In this document: in pieces, positions 9,317 to 19,268 of the stretch
Layout: each line of letters starts with the position of its first letter
How positions within the stretch are numbered: position 1 is the stretch's first letter
Source: a bacterium
Lineage (GTDB): Bacteria > SAR324 > NAC60-12
Assembly: GCA_965209155.1 (NCBI GenBank)
Contig: OZ242383.1
Span: 2,368,001-2,432,000, forward strand
Reading direction: 5' to 3'
DNA: 64,000 bases
Notes under the pieces: generated by a model
The model's input: only the letters and a program-made list of their open reading frames with translations
Databases searched by the model: none
Told to the model about the DNA's origin: nothing
Position numbers and translations under genes: made by a program

Positions 9317-10318
9317 ATGACGATGGGACACCACAAAATGGAATATGAGGTTTTGCAAGGCTGGGAGCAGTTGCCCGAAGGCTGGTCATTCGTTGAGGTG
9401 GCGGGCGTCGCCGTAGATAGCCAGGACCGGGTCTACGTCTTCAACCGGGGCGAGCATCCGATCATCGTTTTCGACAAGGAAGGCAAATTTCTGAACACCT
9501 GGGGCGAGGATATCTTCACCAACGCCCACGGCATCTATATCGACGAGAACGACCACCTGTTCTGTGCCGACCACTTCGACCACACGGTGCGCAAGCTGAC
9601 GACCGACGGCGAGCTGTTGATGACGCTCGGCGACACCGAGAATCCCGCCGACACCGGCTTCAAGATCGATCACAGCCCGGTCTGCCGTTCCGCTGGTCCC
9701 TTCAATATGGTGACCAACGCGGCGGTCGGTCCGGATGGCGATCTCTTCGTTTCAGACGGCTACGGCAACGCGCGTGTCCACCGGTTCAGCGCCGGAGGCG
9801 AGCTGAAGGTGTCCTGGGGTGAACCGGGGAGCGGTCCGGGCCAGTTCAATCTACCCCATGGGATCGTCGTCGACCGTTCCGGCCGGGTCTTCGTCGCCGA
9901 CCGGGAGAACTCCCGCATTCAGATTTTTTCGAGCGAAGGCGAGCTGTTGAACATCTGGGACTGGGTCAACCGACCGGATGACCTTTTTCTTGATGAACAG
10001 GAAAACCTCTATATTGCCGAGCTCGGCTGGGCGTTTATGCCGTCTCGGCCGCTGTTGCATTATAAATTAATGACCATGCCGCCGATTGGCCACGACCCCG
10101 TTGCCCGGGTCACGATCTGCGATCTCGACGGCAATATTCAGGCCCGGTTTGGCGGTTCCAATCCAATCCTACCCGGCAATTTCATCTCGCCGCATGGTAT
10201 CTGGGCGGATTCGCGCGGCGATATCTACGTCGGCGAAGTGGTGAAGACATCTGGTGCGATCGAGCGTTTCGCACCATTGACCCCGCCTTCCTTCCAGAAG
10301 TTCATCCGCGCCAAGTGA
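9317..10318 (+). CDS. NHL-repeat beta-propeller (peptidyl-alpha-hydroxyglycine lyase-like)
   Basis: GVAVDSQDRVYVFNRG, DGYGNARVH, PGQFNLPHGI and VADRENSRIQIF repeats. Confidence 0.88.
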   Translation: MTMGHHKMEYEVLQGWEQLPEGWSFVEVAGVAVDSQDRVYVFNRGEHPIIVFDKEGKFLNTWGEDIFTNAHGIYIDENDHLFCADHFDHTVRKLTTDGELLMTLGDTENPADTGFKIDHSPVCRSAGPFNMVTNAAVGPDGDLFVSDGYGNARVHRFSAGGELKVSWGEPGSGPGQFNLPHGIVVDRSGRVFVADRENSRIQIFSSEGELLNIWDWVNRPDDLFLDEQENLYIAELGWAFMPSRPLLHYKLMTMPPIGHDPVARVTICDLDGNIQARFGGSNPILPGNFISPHGIWADSRGDIYVGEVVKTSGAIERFAPLTPPSFQKFIRAK

Positions 10319-10489
10319 GGGCACACTAATCTTATGCTGAACTCAAGTGGAGGTTTTGTGACCGACTGCGGTGACTGGGTCGAAGTAGCGCCGTAGACTG
10401 CGCACCCTGGCACGGTATGGGGACATCTACAATTATAACGGTTGGGAAGGGATGGATGACGAAAGAATGGGTGCGTATTGATATACCGG

Positions 10490-10689
10490 TGAGTGTTCGC
10501 TGGGGTGTGGGTGGTGCGATAGCCCAAAAATTCGCCCAAGAAGGGTTCTTTGTGGTCCTGACAACTCGTCGCACCCCAAACGCTACTCTGCTGGACCAGG
10601 CGATCCAAGAACAGGGCGGGGAAAGCATGATCGTCGAACTGGATTTGACCTCGAGTGAATCGATTGTCATCAAATCTCTTAAGCTCTAA
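10490..10689 (+). pseudogene. N-terminal fragment of an SDR
   Basis: WGVGGAIAQKFAQEGFFVVLTTR...IVELDL is a Rossmann-fold start that ends after ~65 aa with no catalytic half. Confidence 0.55.
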
Positions 10690-10943
10690 TAACGAAGCGA
10701 ACATACGCTACCTAAGTTCTCCAACGATTGGGAATGGACACACTTTGCGTGAACAACAAGCAAGTGGGTAACAAAGCTTACGTCTTCCCATTCTCCAGAT
10801 ACGAAACATCAGTCCTGAATCATTGCGACTATTCCCGGTTTCTGCTACGTCTATAACAATCAGGATTGAAATTTTGAAACGATCACTACTCTCTGGTATC
10901 TTAAAAAAAAGAGGTATTAAAAAATTAACCTTGGGAGAACAAC

Positions 10944-11252
10944 ATGTGGCAAATCCATCAACTAGAACGGTTGGGACAAATTGAACCGGAATTTATCAAT
11001 AAAACCTTGGTTTCATTACTGAGACAAGAGACAGCTTTGTGGGAGAAACTGGTTATTGGAGCCTATCTTGACGAGGAAATTAATTTTGGAAAAGTGGCTG
11101 AATTATTAGAACTCCATCCCGTTGAGTTAAAACGCCAATTCCTCACTAAAGGAATTCCCATCCGGTTTGGGGTTGAATCCAAAGAGGCCATCTTAGCAGA
11201 CCAGGCGACCGCTAAAGCAATAATGATCGCAAACACTTTGCCAGGGAGGTAA
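10944..11252 (+). CDS. UPF0175-like protein (putative antitoxin)
   Basis: YLDEEINFGKVAELLELHPVELKRQF...GIP pattern; GGAG RBS. Confidence 0.6.
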   Translation: MWQIHQLERLGQIEPEFINKTLVSLLRQETALWEKLVIGAYLDEEINFGKVAELLELHPVELKRQFLTKGIPIRFGVESKEAILADQATAKAIMIANTLPGR

Positions 11253-11529
11253 ATCAGAGTGCTAAGCGCTCTTGCTTCCACGGCTCTCGTTCTTTTTCAA
11301 AGAGTTGACAGGCTTCTTGAAGAGCCTCAAGGGGGGCTGTCGATGAAATGGAACTAATATACTTTTGAACTTTCGAGAGCATAAAATCCTTCCTGGATTT
11401 TACGCCGGGCAAAATCTGTGCTTAAATTGAAGGGGGCTCTAAAGTAACCTAAATTGTTACCTCATGATATACGTATTGATATATCAAATTTGGCGTAATT
11501 CGGGTTACCAAAGCATATTCAAAATCTGA

Positions 11530-13023
11530 TCAGCTCATCCAATCGGGATTGTTGGGATTGACCCATTTGGTGGTCACTTTCTTGTTTTTAGTCCAAAAGA
11601 TCATACCATCTTCACCCGTGATATCGCCCGTACCAAATTTTGAATCGTTCCATCCTCCGAATGAGAATGGTTCACGAGGTACAGGCACTCCGATGTTCAC
11701 GCCAATCATTCCCGAGCTGGCATGTTCGGCCAGATATTCTGCAGGCGCACCGGAACAAGTGAAGATAGATGCCGCATTGCCATAGGGATTTTTATTTTCA
11801 ATTTGAACCGCCTCCTCCAAGGTGTTCACATGGACAATAGAGAGGACCGGACCAAATATTTCATCATGCGCGGCAGGCATTTCCGTGGTAACGTTGTCGA
11901 TGATGGTGGGTCCGACCCAATAACCATTTTCGCTGTTTGCGATATAATTTTCCGGTTTGGCCTGCCGTCCATCGACCGACACCGTAGCCCCCATTTCTTC
12001 TGCCTGCGTGATATATGAGTTTATACGCTCGACACTGGCTTTATTGATGATTGCGCCTTGATCGTGTCCGACCTTGACGGACCTGGCATACTCGACCATT
12101 TTGTTAATGATGCGGTCACAATCTCCCACAGCAATCATCAAACTGGCCGCCATGCAGCGCTGGCCTGCGCAACCTATGGCAGAATTGACGATTTGTGACG
12201 GCGCGTAGTTCAAATTGGCGTCCGGCATGCAAATCAAGTGGTTTTTTGCGCCACCTAAAGCAAGCACCGTTTTGCCTGCCGCAGAGCCTCGTTGATAGAC
12301 AATTTTCGCTACTTTCGATGAGCCCACAAAACTGACCGCCTCAATATCAGGATGATCACAAATTTCTTCAACCACATCTGCCGATCCAATGACTACATTG
12401 AAAACTCCATCGGGTAATCCTGCTTGACGAAACAGCTCACCCATCCGTAGTGCCGAAAGCGGTACTTGTTCAGACGGCTTGAGAATCATGGTATTACCCA
12501 CTGTCAGCGCAATTGGGACTGTCCACATCGGAACCATAAAGGGAAAATTGAATGGAGTGATAGATGCTACCACCCCGAGCGGCTCACGGACCATGCGGCA
12601 GGTTACGCCATTGCTCACCTCTTGGAATTCTCCCGCAATTTTATTAGGAAGCGAAAGGGCGTATTCCAGAACTTCCACTCCTTTCATTATTCCGGCTTCT
12701 GATTCGCTCAACAGTTTGCCATTTTCCGTTGAAACCAAATGGCTCAATTCTTCCATGTTTTGCTCAATCAATTGCTTGAAACGAAACATGACCTGCACCC
12801 TGGCTTTGATATTGGTATCTCTCCAGCCTGGAAATGCTTTTTTGGCGACTGCAACCGCATGGTCCACGTCACCCTGAGTACCAACGGGATACTCTCCAAT
12901 CACCCCACCCGTGTAAGGAGAATAAATGTTTCCATATTGATTGGCGCTGGATGCTTGATATCGACCCCCTATCCAGTTTTGAATTCTGCCAAAATCCTGT
13001 TTGATTTTCACTTCGTTTTCCAT
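11530..13023 (-). CDS. mmsA: CoA-acylating methylmalonate-semialdehyde dehydrogenase
   Basis: ITPFNFP, LKPSEQ, GGAKNH, GCAGQRCMA and GVNIGVPVP motifs. Confidence 0.92.
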   Translation of the reverse strand: MENEVKIKQDFGRIQNWIGGRYQASSANQYGNIYSPYTGGVIGEYPVGTQGDVDHAVAVAKKAFPGWRDTNIKARVQVMFRFKQLIEQNMEELSHLVSTENGKLLSESEAGIMKGVEVLEYALSLPNKIAGEFQEVSNGVTCRMVREPLGVVASITPFNFPFMVPMWTVPIALTVGNTMILKPSEQVPLSALRMGELFRQAGLPDGVFNVVIGSADVVEEICDHPDIEAVSFVGSSKVAKIVYQRGSAAGKTVLALGGAKNHLICMPDANLNYAPSQIVNSAIGCAGQRCMAASLMIAVGDCDRIINKMVEYARSVKVGHDQGAIINKASVERINSYITQAEEMGATVSVDGRQAKPENYIANSENGYWVGPTIIDNVTTEMPAAHDEIFGPVLSIVHVNTLEEAVQIENKNPYGNAASIFTCSGAPAEYLAEHASSGMIGVNIGVPVPREPFSFGGWNDSKFGTGDITGEDGMIFWTKNKKVTTKWVNPNNPDWMS

Positions 13024-13345
13024 GGTTCTACCTCTTCAGAAAAGTGGAGTTCATTTGTCTTCGTAATCGAATAAGGATTTCTTTCACAGGATCGTCGCTG
13101 GAAAAAACTGGATTGCCAAAGACAGAGCGCAAGAAATTTCAAATACTATTTTTTAAAAATCCATAATAATCAAATTTCTTGATTTGCCAAGTCATTTTAT
13201 GGAACGCAGAAACCTTTACAAGGATATTCAGTTACATAAAGCGTCGTTGCGAATGAATTGGATATTATTTTTTCCTTGATTTTTACCTGGTTTTCGGTAA
13301 TGAATCAAAGATTGTTTTAGGGTTTATAAAGAAAAGAGAGGTTGA

Positions 13346-15589
13346 ATGGAAGCGGATCATACCGTCAGATCAACCTGCCCTTACTGTGGAGTGGGGTGTC
13401 AGGTCCTGTTAAACATCAAGGAAAATCACATCTTCCGTGTGGATGCTCCTTTTGATGCGGCGCCCAATTACGGGCGTTTGTGCGTGAAAGGACGATTTGG
13501 TACGGACTACTTACACCACGAAGGCCGATTGAACAAACCTTTGATCCGTAAAAATTCGCAAACGCCTGGCAACCGTACTCCAGCGAAGTTTCCGCAGGAT
13601 TGGCGTCAATCGACTTGGGACGAAGCTCTGGACCTGGTAGTCAACCGGTTACTCGAGCTTCGCTGGCTTCATGGTCCGGACAGTATCACTGCCAATGCAT
13701 GCGCCAAGGCGACCAATGAAGACAATTATCTCCTGATGAAATATTTTCGCAGCATCATTGGTACCAACAATGTGGACCATTGCACTCGTCTCTGCCATGC
13801 GGGCAGTGTGGCCGCGCTGCAAATGGCGATCAATTCCAGTGCCATGAGCAATTCTATCGCCGAAATGAAAGACTTGGAATGTTTCATCATCACTGGAGCC
13901 AACCCCGCGGAAAACCACCCGGTGATTGCCACTTTTCTCAAGCAGGCAGTCACCCAAAATGGCGCCAATTTAATTGTGGTCGACCCCCGGCGCACCGAAA
14001 TGGTGGAGTTTGCGGACTTATGGTTACGTCAAAATCCTGAAACCGATACTGCTTTGTTCAATGCTATCGCCCATGTTGTAGTCCAGGAGAACTTGTATGA
14101 CAAGGAATTTGTTGCCAAACGGACTGAGGGATTCGAGGACTATCTCCGCAGTCTGCAGGATAAGACCCCCAAATGGGCTGAATCTATTACAGGAGTGCCT
14201 GCCAAAGACATCCGGAAAGCAGCCTGCATGTATGCCACGGCAAAGGCAGCCTCCATATACTGGGGCATGGGAATCAGTCAAAGTGTTCATGGAACCGACA
14301 ACGCCTTAACACTCATCAACCTGGCCTTATTATGTGGTCACATTGGCCGCCCCGGAACCGGATTGAATCCACTGCGTGGGCAGAACAACGTACAGGGATG
14401 CTCCGATTCCGGAGGCATGCCGACAGTTTACACGGCATATCAAGAAATTGTCGATACGACTGTACGAGAAAAATTCGAGCAAGCCTGGCATACCCTGCTG
14501 CCTGCCGAGCCAGGATTGACAACTACTGAAATGGTGGAAGGTGCGCTATCCGGAGCAGTCAAAGCATGGTTCGTGATGGGGGAAAATCCTCTTATGAGCG
14601 AACCCGATCTGAATCATGCGCGCAAGGCCGTGGAACAACTGGAATTCTTTGTGGCGCAGGATATTTTTTTCAACGAAACCAATGTTTATGCGGATGTCCT
14701 CCTGCCTGCTGCCGCTTTTGCTGAAAAAGATGGCACTTTCACCAATTCGGACCGTCGTGTTCAGCGAGTGCGAAAGGCAGTAGCCCCTCCTGGGGTGGCC
14801 AGGGCAGACTGGCAAATCATCAGTGAGATTGCTCGCCGGACGATCAACAAAATAACGCGCAAGGTGGATGAACACCCTGGTGCTGCCTGCAGAAAATTGG
14901 ACCTGACTATTGACCGGAACGCCAATAAAATGCTAGCGGATTGGGAATATGACGATCCTGGGGCCATCTGGGACGAAATGAGAGAGGTTACCGAGCCATT
15001 TAATGGCATTACTTATCAGCGACTCGAGGAAGAAGGAGGTGTTCATTGGCCCTGTCCGTCGCTTGACCATCCAGGTACGCCTTATCTTTTTAAAGACGAA
15101 TTCCCCAGTGGAAAAGGCAAGTTTTTCGCGGTGGAATATACCAATGAGAGTGAAATCGTGGACGAGGATTATCCATTAGTCTTGAGTACCGGTCGCTTGT
15201 TGTATCATTGGCATGGAACCATGTCTCGATTTTCTTCCCTGGACAAAATCTGGCCGGAATGCACGGTGGAAATGAATCCCAACGACGCTGCAAAGTATGC
15301 CTTCGAAATGGGAGAGTGGGTTGATGTTTTCAGCAGAAGGGGAGTGATCACTGCACGACTTCTGGTCACAAAACGTTCTCCGGAAGGATCGATATTTATT
15401 CCATTCCATTTCGCGGAAGCAGCCGCTAACACTTTGACCAATAATCTGACTGACAAAATCGCCAAAATTCCCGACTATAAAATATGCGCAGTGAAAGTGG
15501 CACGAGCTGAACAAATTCCCCTTGATCGCGAAGGCGCTCATATTCCCTTGATAGAACGGGGCGCCATCAAGGATGTGGCTCCGGATTGA
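13346..15589 (+). CDS. fdhF: Mo/W-bis-PGD formate dehydrogenase catalytic (alpha) subunit, Cys-ligand type
   Basis: CPYCGVGC...C 4Fe-4S motif, DHCTRLCH active site, PLRGQNNVQG and EKDGTFTN. Confidence 0.9.
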   Translation: MEADHTVRSTCPYCGVGCQVLLNIKENHIFRVDAPFDAAPNYGRLCVKGRFGTDYLHHEGRLNKPLIRKNSQTPGNRTPAKFPQDWRQSTWDEALDLVVNRLLELRWLHGPDSITANACAKATNEDNYLLMKYFRSIIGTNNVDHCTRLCHAGSVAALQMAINSSAMSNSIAEMKDLECFIITGANPAENHPVIATFLKQAVTQNGANLIVVDPRRTEMVEFADLWLRQNPETDTALFNAIAHVVVQENLYDKEFVAKRTEGFEDYLRSLQDKTPKWAESITGVPAKDIRKAACMYATAKAASIYWGMGISQSVHGTDNALTLINLALLCGHIGRPGTGLNPLRGQNNVQGCSDSGGMPTVYTAYQEIVDTTVREKFEQAWHTLLPAEPGLTTTEMVEGALSGAVKAWFVMGENPLMSEPDLNHARKAVEQLEFFVAQDIFFNETNVYADVLLPAAAFAEKDGTFTNSDRRVQRVRKAVAPPGVARADWQIISEIARRTINKITRKVDEHPGAACRKLDLTIDRNANKMLADWEYDDPGAIWDEMREVTEPFNGITYQRLEEEGGVHWPCPSLDHPGTPYLFKDEFPSGKGKFFAVEYTNESEIVDEDYPLVLSTGRLLYHWHGTMSRFSSLDKIWPECTVEMNPNDAAKYAFEMGEWVDVFSRRGVITARLLVTKRSPEGSIFIPFHFAEAAANTLTNNLTDKIAKIPDYKICAVKVARAEQIPLDREGAHIPLIERGAIKDVAPD

Positions 15590-15597
15590 AATAAATC

Positions 15598-17727
15598 ATG
15601 AATGAATTGGAAAAATTCGCCGAGGACCTGCGCGAAAATCGTATCAGTCGCGCCAGTCTTTTTTGGCTGCGTGTTTTTGTACGGAATGCGCAGGATGGTG
15701 TCATGCGTTCCGACAATTGGATATCAACCGGGTTGCGGGAGGGTGCTGCCATATCGGGTTTGGATGCGGTAAATTCCAGACCACGCATCGCTTTACTGAC
15801 GAACTACGATCTTTTCCGGGCAAAGCGTCTGAAAGACCAAAAAGTGTTTACCGGCCAAGAAATGGATTCCCTCGATTGGAATCGTAAGTATGATTTGAGT
15901 CTCCAACCGGGAATCCGGCGTGACAATGACGCGCTGGAGAACTGGATTGAAAGACTTTGGGAGGAAGTGGGTGTGGTTTCACCTCGAGACCAGGCCCTGG
16001 AAAAATTGTTAAAGAACCCGATATCCGTATGGGGGAAAAATATTCCGAATCGCTCTTTTCTTCCCGAGATCTTGCATGAAGCCCAAATGCTCAATCAGGG
16101 CTGGCTCTCTCGCGCAGTACTCACGCGAATTGCCCGGGCTTTGAATATACCGCTCTCGGATGTCTACGGAGTGACTGAATTTTTCACCATGTTTTATACC
16201 AAGCCGGTTGGAAGAAAAGTGTTACGATTGTGTGAAGACGCAGCTTGCGATCTGAGGGGATCCCACACCATCCAGGAGGCGCTTTGCCATCGCTTAAACA
16301 TTAAGCCTGGTGAAACGACGGCTGATGGCGAATATACGATTGAACCCATACGCTGTTTGGGACTGTGCGATCATGCGCCGGCCGCCTTAGTGAACCATAC
16401 ACGTCATTTTGAACTATCTCTCGAGAGTCTTGACGTTCTGCTGAACGACGAACCCACTCATGCGCAACAACTGAATAAAGGAGGAGGGCTGGTTAAGATC
16501 GCACTGGCGAATATCAATCTTGTTGACCCGGGAAGTTTGAAAAATTATCAAGCTCACGGAGGATTGGCTGCAATAAAGAAAGTACTGCAGGAAATGAGCC
16601 CGGAACAAGTGATTGAAACCGTCAAAGCCAGCAAACTGGTTGGACGGGGGGGAGCCGCTTTTCCTACAGGATTGAAGTGGCAATTGACTGCCAATAATCC
16701 ACCAGGACCTCGTTACGTGATTTGCAATGCCGATGAAAGTGAGGTTGGCGCATTTAAAGACCGCGTTCTCCTGGACAGTGATCCGTTCCGTATCATTGAA
16801 GGGCTGCTCATTGCTTGTTATGCGATAGGGGCCAACGAAGGGTACGTTTATATTCGCGGCGAGAACCGTTTGAGTTATGAACGGTTCGTCCATGCGGTGG
16901 CAGTCATGGAAGAGAATGGGTGGTTGGGTGAAAATATCGCAAACAGTGATTTCAACTGCAGAGTCGCAGTGCGACGTGGTGCTGGCGCTTATATTTGTGG
17001 AGAAGAAACGGCGTTAATGGAAGCCTTGGAAGGCAAACGAGGATTCCCCCGTTTGCGTCCTCCTTTTCCCAGCACTCATGGTCTGTGGGGCAAACCAACG
17101 GTAATAAACAACGTGGAAACTTTATCAAAAATTCCTGCCATTGTCATACATGGGGGAAAATGGTACAGTATGCTGGGTACTGCCGAATCGGCAGGGACCA
17201 AGCTTTTTTCCGTCAGCGGTTCTATCAAAAGGCCAGGTGTTTATGAGGTTCCGTTTGGAGTTCCACTGCGACACTTAATATACGACCTGGCAGGAGGTCC
17301 TCCTGAAAATATGGAATTATCAGCAATTTTAACAGGTGGAGCTGCCGGGACTTTTCTGAGGCCAGAACACTTGGACACGCCAATTTCCTACGAAGATTTC
17401 AAACCCATCGATGGAACCATTGGTGCGGGAACGATGATCGTATTTGATGAAACCGTAGATTTGAGACATGTATTGAGCAACATCACTGATTTTTTTGCGC
17501 ATGAAAGTTGTGGAAAATGTTATCCTTGTCAGATCGGTAGTCAGCGGCAAGCAGAGATTCTCCAACGCAATGAAAAGGGAGAGGGTTTTAGTGAAGATAC
17601 CGAAACCTTGCTCGAGCTGGCTCGAGTGATGACAGATACCAGTATTTGTGGATTGGGACAGTCTGCCGGTTGGGCCACCGTCGATGCCATCAAACGCTGG
17701 CCGGATCTGTTGCCACGACTGAGGTAA
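15598..17727 (+). CDS. NuoE-NuoF fusion (diaphorase subunit of an NAD-linked formate dehydrogenase) with an extra N-terminal domain
   Basis: 2Fe-2S motif CEDAAC...CLGLC; NuoF motifs GRGGAAFPTG, NADESE, GAYICGEETAL and ESCGKCYPC...CGLG. Confidence 0.88.
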   Translation: MNELEKFAEDLRENRISRASLFWLRVFVRNAQDGVMRSDNWISTGLREGAAISGLDAVNSRPRIALLTNYDLFRAKRLKDQKVFTGQEMDSLDWNRKYDLSLQPGIRRDNDALENWIERLWEEVGVVSPRDQALEKLLKNPISVWGKNIPNRSFLPEILHEAQMLNQGWLSRAVLTRIARALNIPLSDVYGVTEFFTMFYTKPVGRKVLRLCEDAACDLRGSHTIQEALCHRLNIKPGETTADGEYTIEPIRCLGLCDHAPAALVNHTRHFELSLESLDVLLNDEPTHAQQLNKGGGLVKIALANINLVDPGSLKNYQAHGGLAAIKKVLQEMSPEQVIETVKASKLVGRGGAAFPTGLKWQLTANNPPGPRYVICNADESEVGAFKDRVLLDSDPFRIIEGLLIACYAIGANEGYVYIRGENRLSYERFVHAVAVMEENGWLGENIANSDFNCRVAVRRGAGAYICGEETALMEALEGKRGFPRLRPPFPSTHGLWGKPTVINNVETLSKIPAIVIHGGKWYSMLGTAESAGTKLFSVSGSIKRPGVYEVPFGVPLRHLIYDLAGGPPENMELSAILTGGAAGTFLRPEHLDTPISYEDFKPIDGTIGAGTMIVFDETVDLRHVLSNITDFFAHESCGKCYPCQIGSQRQAEILQRNEKGEGFSEDTETLLELARVMTDTSICGLGQSAGWATVDAIKRWPDLLPRLR

Positions 17728-17731
17728 GACC

Positions 17732-18445
17732 ATGGAAAAATCGGTAACTCTCACAATTGACGGGCAAACGGTCACCGTGTCTCGAGGCACTACTATTCTC
17801 GAGGCTGCCAATTCCCTGGATATCCAAATCCCGACCATCTGCTACCACCCTTCTTTGACGCCCCCCGCGATTTGCCGTATTTGTACTGTGGAAATAGAAA
17901 ATGAACGCGTGCTGCAACCTGCTTGCGTGTTTCCTGTGAGCGAAGGGATGGTCGTCAAAACCGACACGGAACGCGTGCAATCCGGTCACAAAGTGATTTT
18001 GGAATTGCTCGCATCTACGGTCGATTTGAACGAAGCCCCGGAAATACAGGAACAAATCCGGCAATTTAAAGCCGATACCAGTCGTTTCGCAGGGGGAGTC
18101 AAACGCGAGTTCGAAGTGATGGAAGACAATCCCTTCTATATTCGTGACTATTCCCAATGCGTCATGTGCTGGCGTTGCATACAAGTCTGCGCAGACGATG
18201 TACAAAACACCTTTGCATTGACCTGGGGTAAACGCGGAATCGAAAGCCACGTCTCCACTTTTATGGAAGACGGGATGCCCGGTACCACCTGCGTATTTTG
18301 TGGAAATTGCGTAGGTGTCTGTCCCACCGGCGCGCTCAAAGGATTGATTGAATATAACGAGGATCAGAAAAAAAAGAATCAAGAGCAACGCCTGTCTGAT
18401 TCATGTGAGCGAAATGCGCACTTTCCCGGACAGGAGACTTCGTAA
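17732..18445 (+). CDS. Fe-S subunit (2Fe-2S + 2x4Fe-4S; NuoG/FdsA N-terminal-like)
   Basis: IPTIC...CRIC...PAC plus CVMCWRC...C and [12 protein letters not shown]. Confidence 0.88.
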   Translation: MEKSVTLTIDGQTVTVSRGTTILEAANSLDIQIPTICYHPSLTPPAICRICTVEIENERVLQPACVFPVSEGMVVKTDTERVQSGHKVILELLASTVDLNEAPEIQEQIRQFKADTSRFAGGVKREFEVMEDNPFYIRDYSQCVMCWRCIQVCADDVQNTFALTWGKRGIESHVSTFMEDGMPGTTCVFCGNCVGVCPTGALKGLIEYNEDQKKKNQEQRLSDSCERNAHFPGQETS

Positions 18446-18464
18446 TCGTACGAAGCGCTTAAAT

Positions 18465-19214
18465 TCAATGTTGCAGGATTTGACTGAGGAAGAGCTTGGT
18501 GCGTTCGTGTTGTGGGTTTTCAAAAAATTCGTAGGGTTCATTCTCTTCGATGATCTCTCCTTCATCCATAAAAATCACCCGGTTTGCCACGGTTTTGGCA
18601 AAACCCATCTCGTGGGTAACTGCAATCATGGTCATGCCGGTATCTGCCAATTCTACCATCACTTCCAGCACCTCCTTGATCATTTCGGGATCCAGGGCTG
18701 AGGTCGGTTCGTCAAAGAGCATGATGTGGGGGTTCATGCAAAGACTCCGAGCTATGGCCACCCGTTGTTGCTGCCCTCCTGAAATCTGACCAGGAAATTT
18801 GTGGGCCTGTTCTGGAATCTTGACGCGCGTCAGGAATTGCATCGCTATTTCTTCGGCCTCGGCTTTTGGCAAATTACGCACCCAGATTGGCGCCAAGGTG
18901 CAGTTTTCGAGGTTGGTGAGATGAGGGAAAAGATTGAAGCTCTGAAAAACCATGCCCACTTCCCTCCGGATTTTTTCGATATTTTTCAAATCACTGGTCA
19001 GCTCGATGCCATCGACGACAATCCGTCCTTGCTGGTGCTCTTCCAGACGGTTGATGCAACGAATCAAGGTCGATTTTCCGGATCCGGAAGGACCGCAGAT
19101 CACAATCCGCTCCTGCCTCTGAATATTCAAATGGATATTTTTCAGCACGTGGAACTGACCATACCATTTGTGCATACCAACTATTTGAATAATATAGTCA
19201 TTCGTTGAAGCCAT
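18465..19214 (-). CDS. aapP: general L-amino acid ABC transporter ATP-binding protein
   Basis: [22 protein letters not shown] and [11 protein letters not shown]; likely start MASTND at 19214. Confidence 0.9.
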   Translation of the reverse strand: MASTNDYIIQIVGMHKWYGQFHVLKNIHLNIQRQERIVICGPSGSGKSTLIRCINRLEEHQQGRIVVDGIELTSDLKNIEKIRREVGMVFQSFNLFPHLTNLENCTLAPIWVRNLPKAEAEEIAMQFLTRVKIPEQAHKFPGQISGGQQQRVAIARSLCMNPHIMLFDEPTSALDPEMIKEVLEVMVELADTGMTMIAVTHEMGFAKTVANRVIFMDEGEIIEENEPYEFFENPQHERTKLFLSQILQH

Positions 19215-19268
19215 CTTGTCCTTCCGTCCCTGGTGAATGACGGAACCACTCACCAGGGTTTTGAAAAA

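Noticed and set aside
11443..11508. imperfect inverted repeat GTAACC...GGTTAC after mmsA
   Set aside because: Single copy in the window; could be a terminator or decayed element, with too little support to classify.
13346..15589. selenocysteine-containing formate dehydrogenase
   Set aside because: The active-site position is Cys (RLCH) and the ORF has no in-frame TGA.
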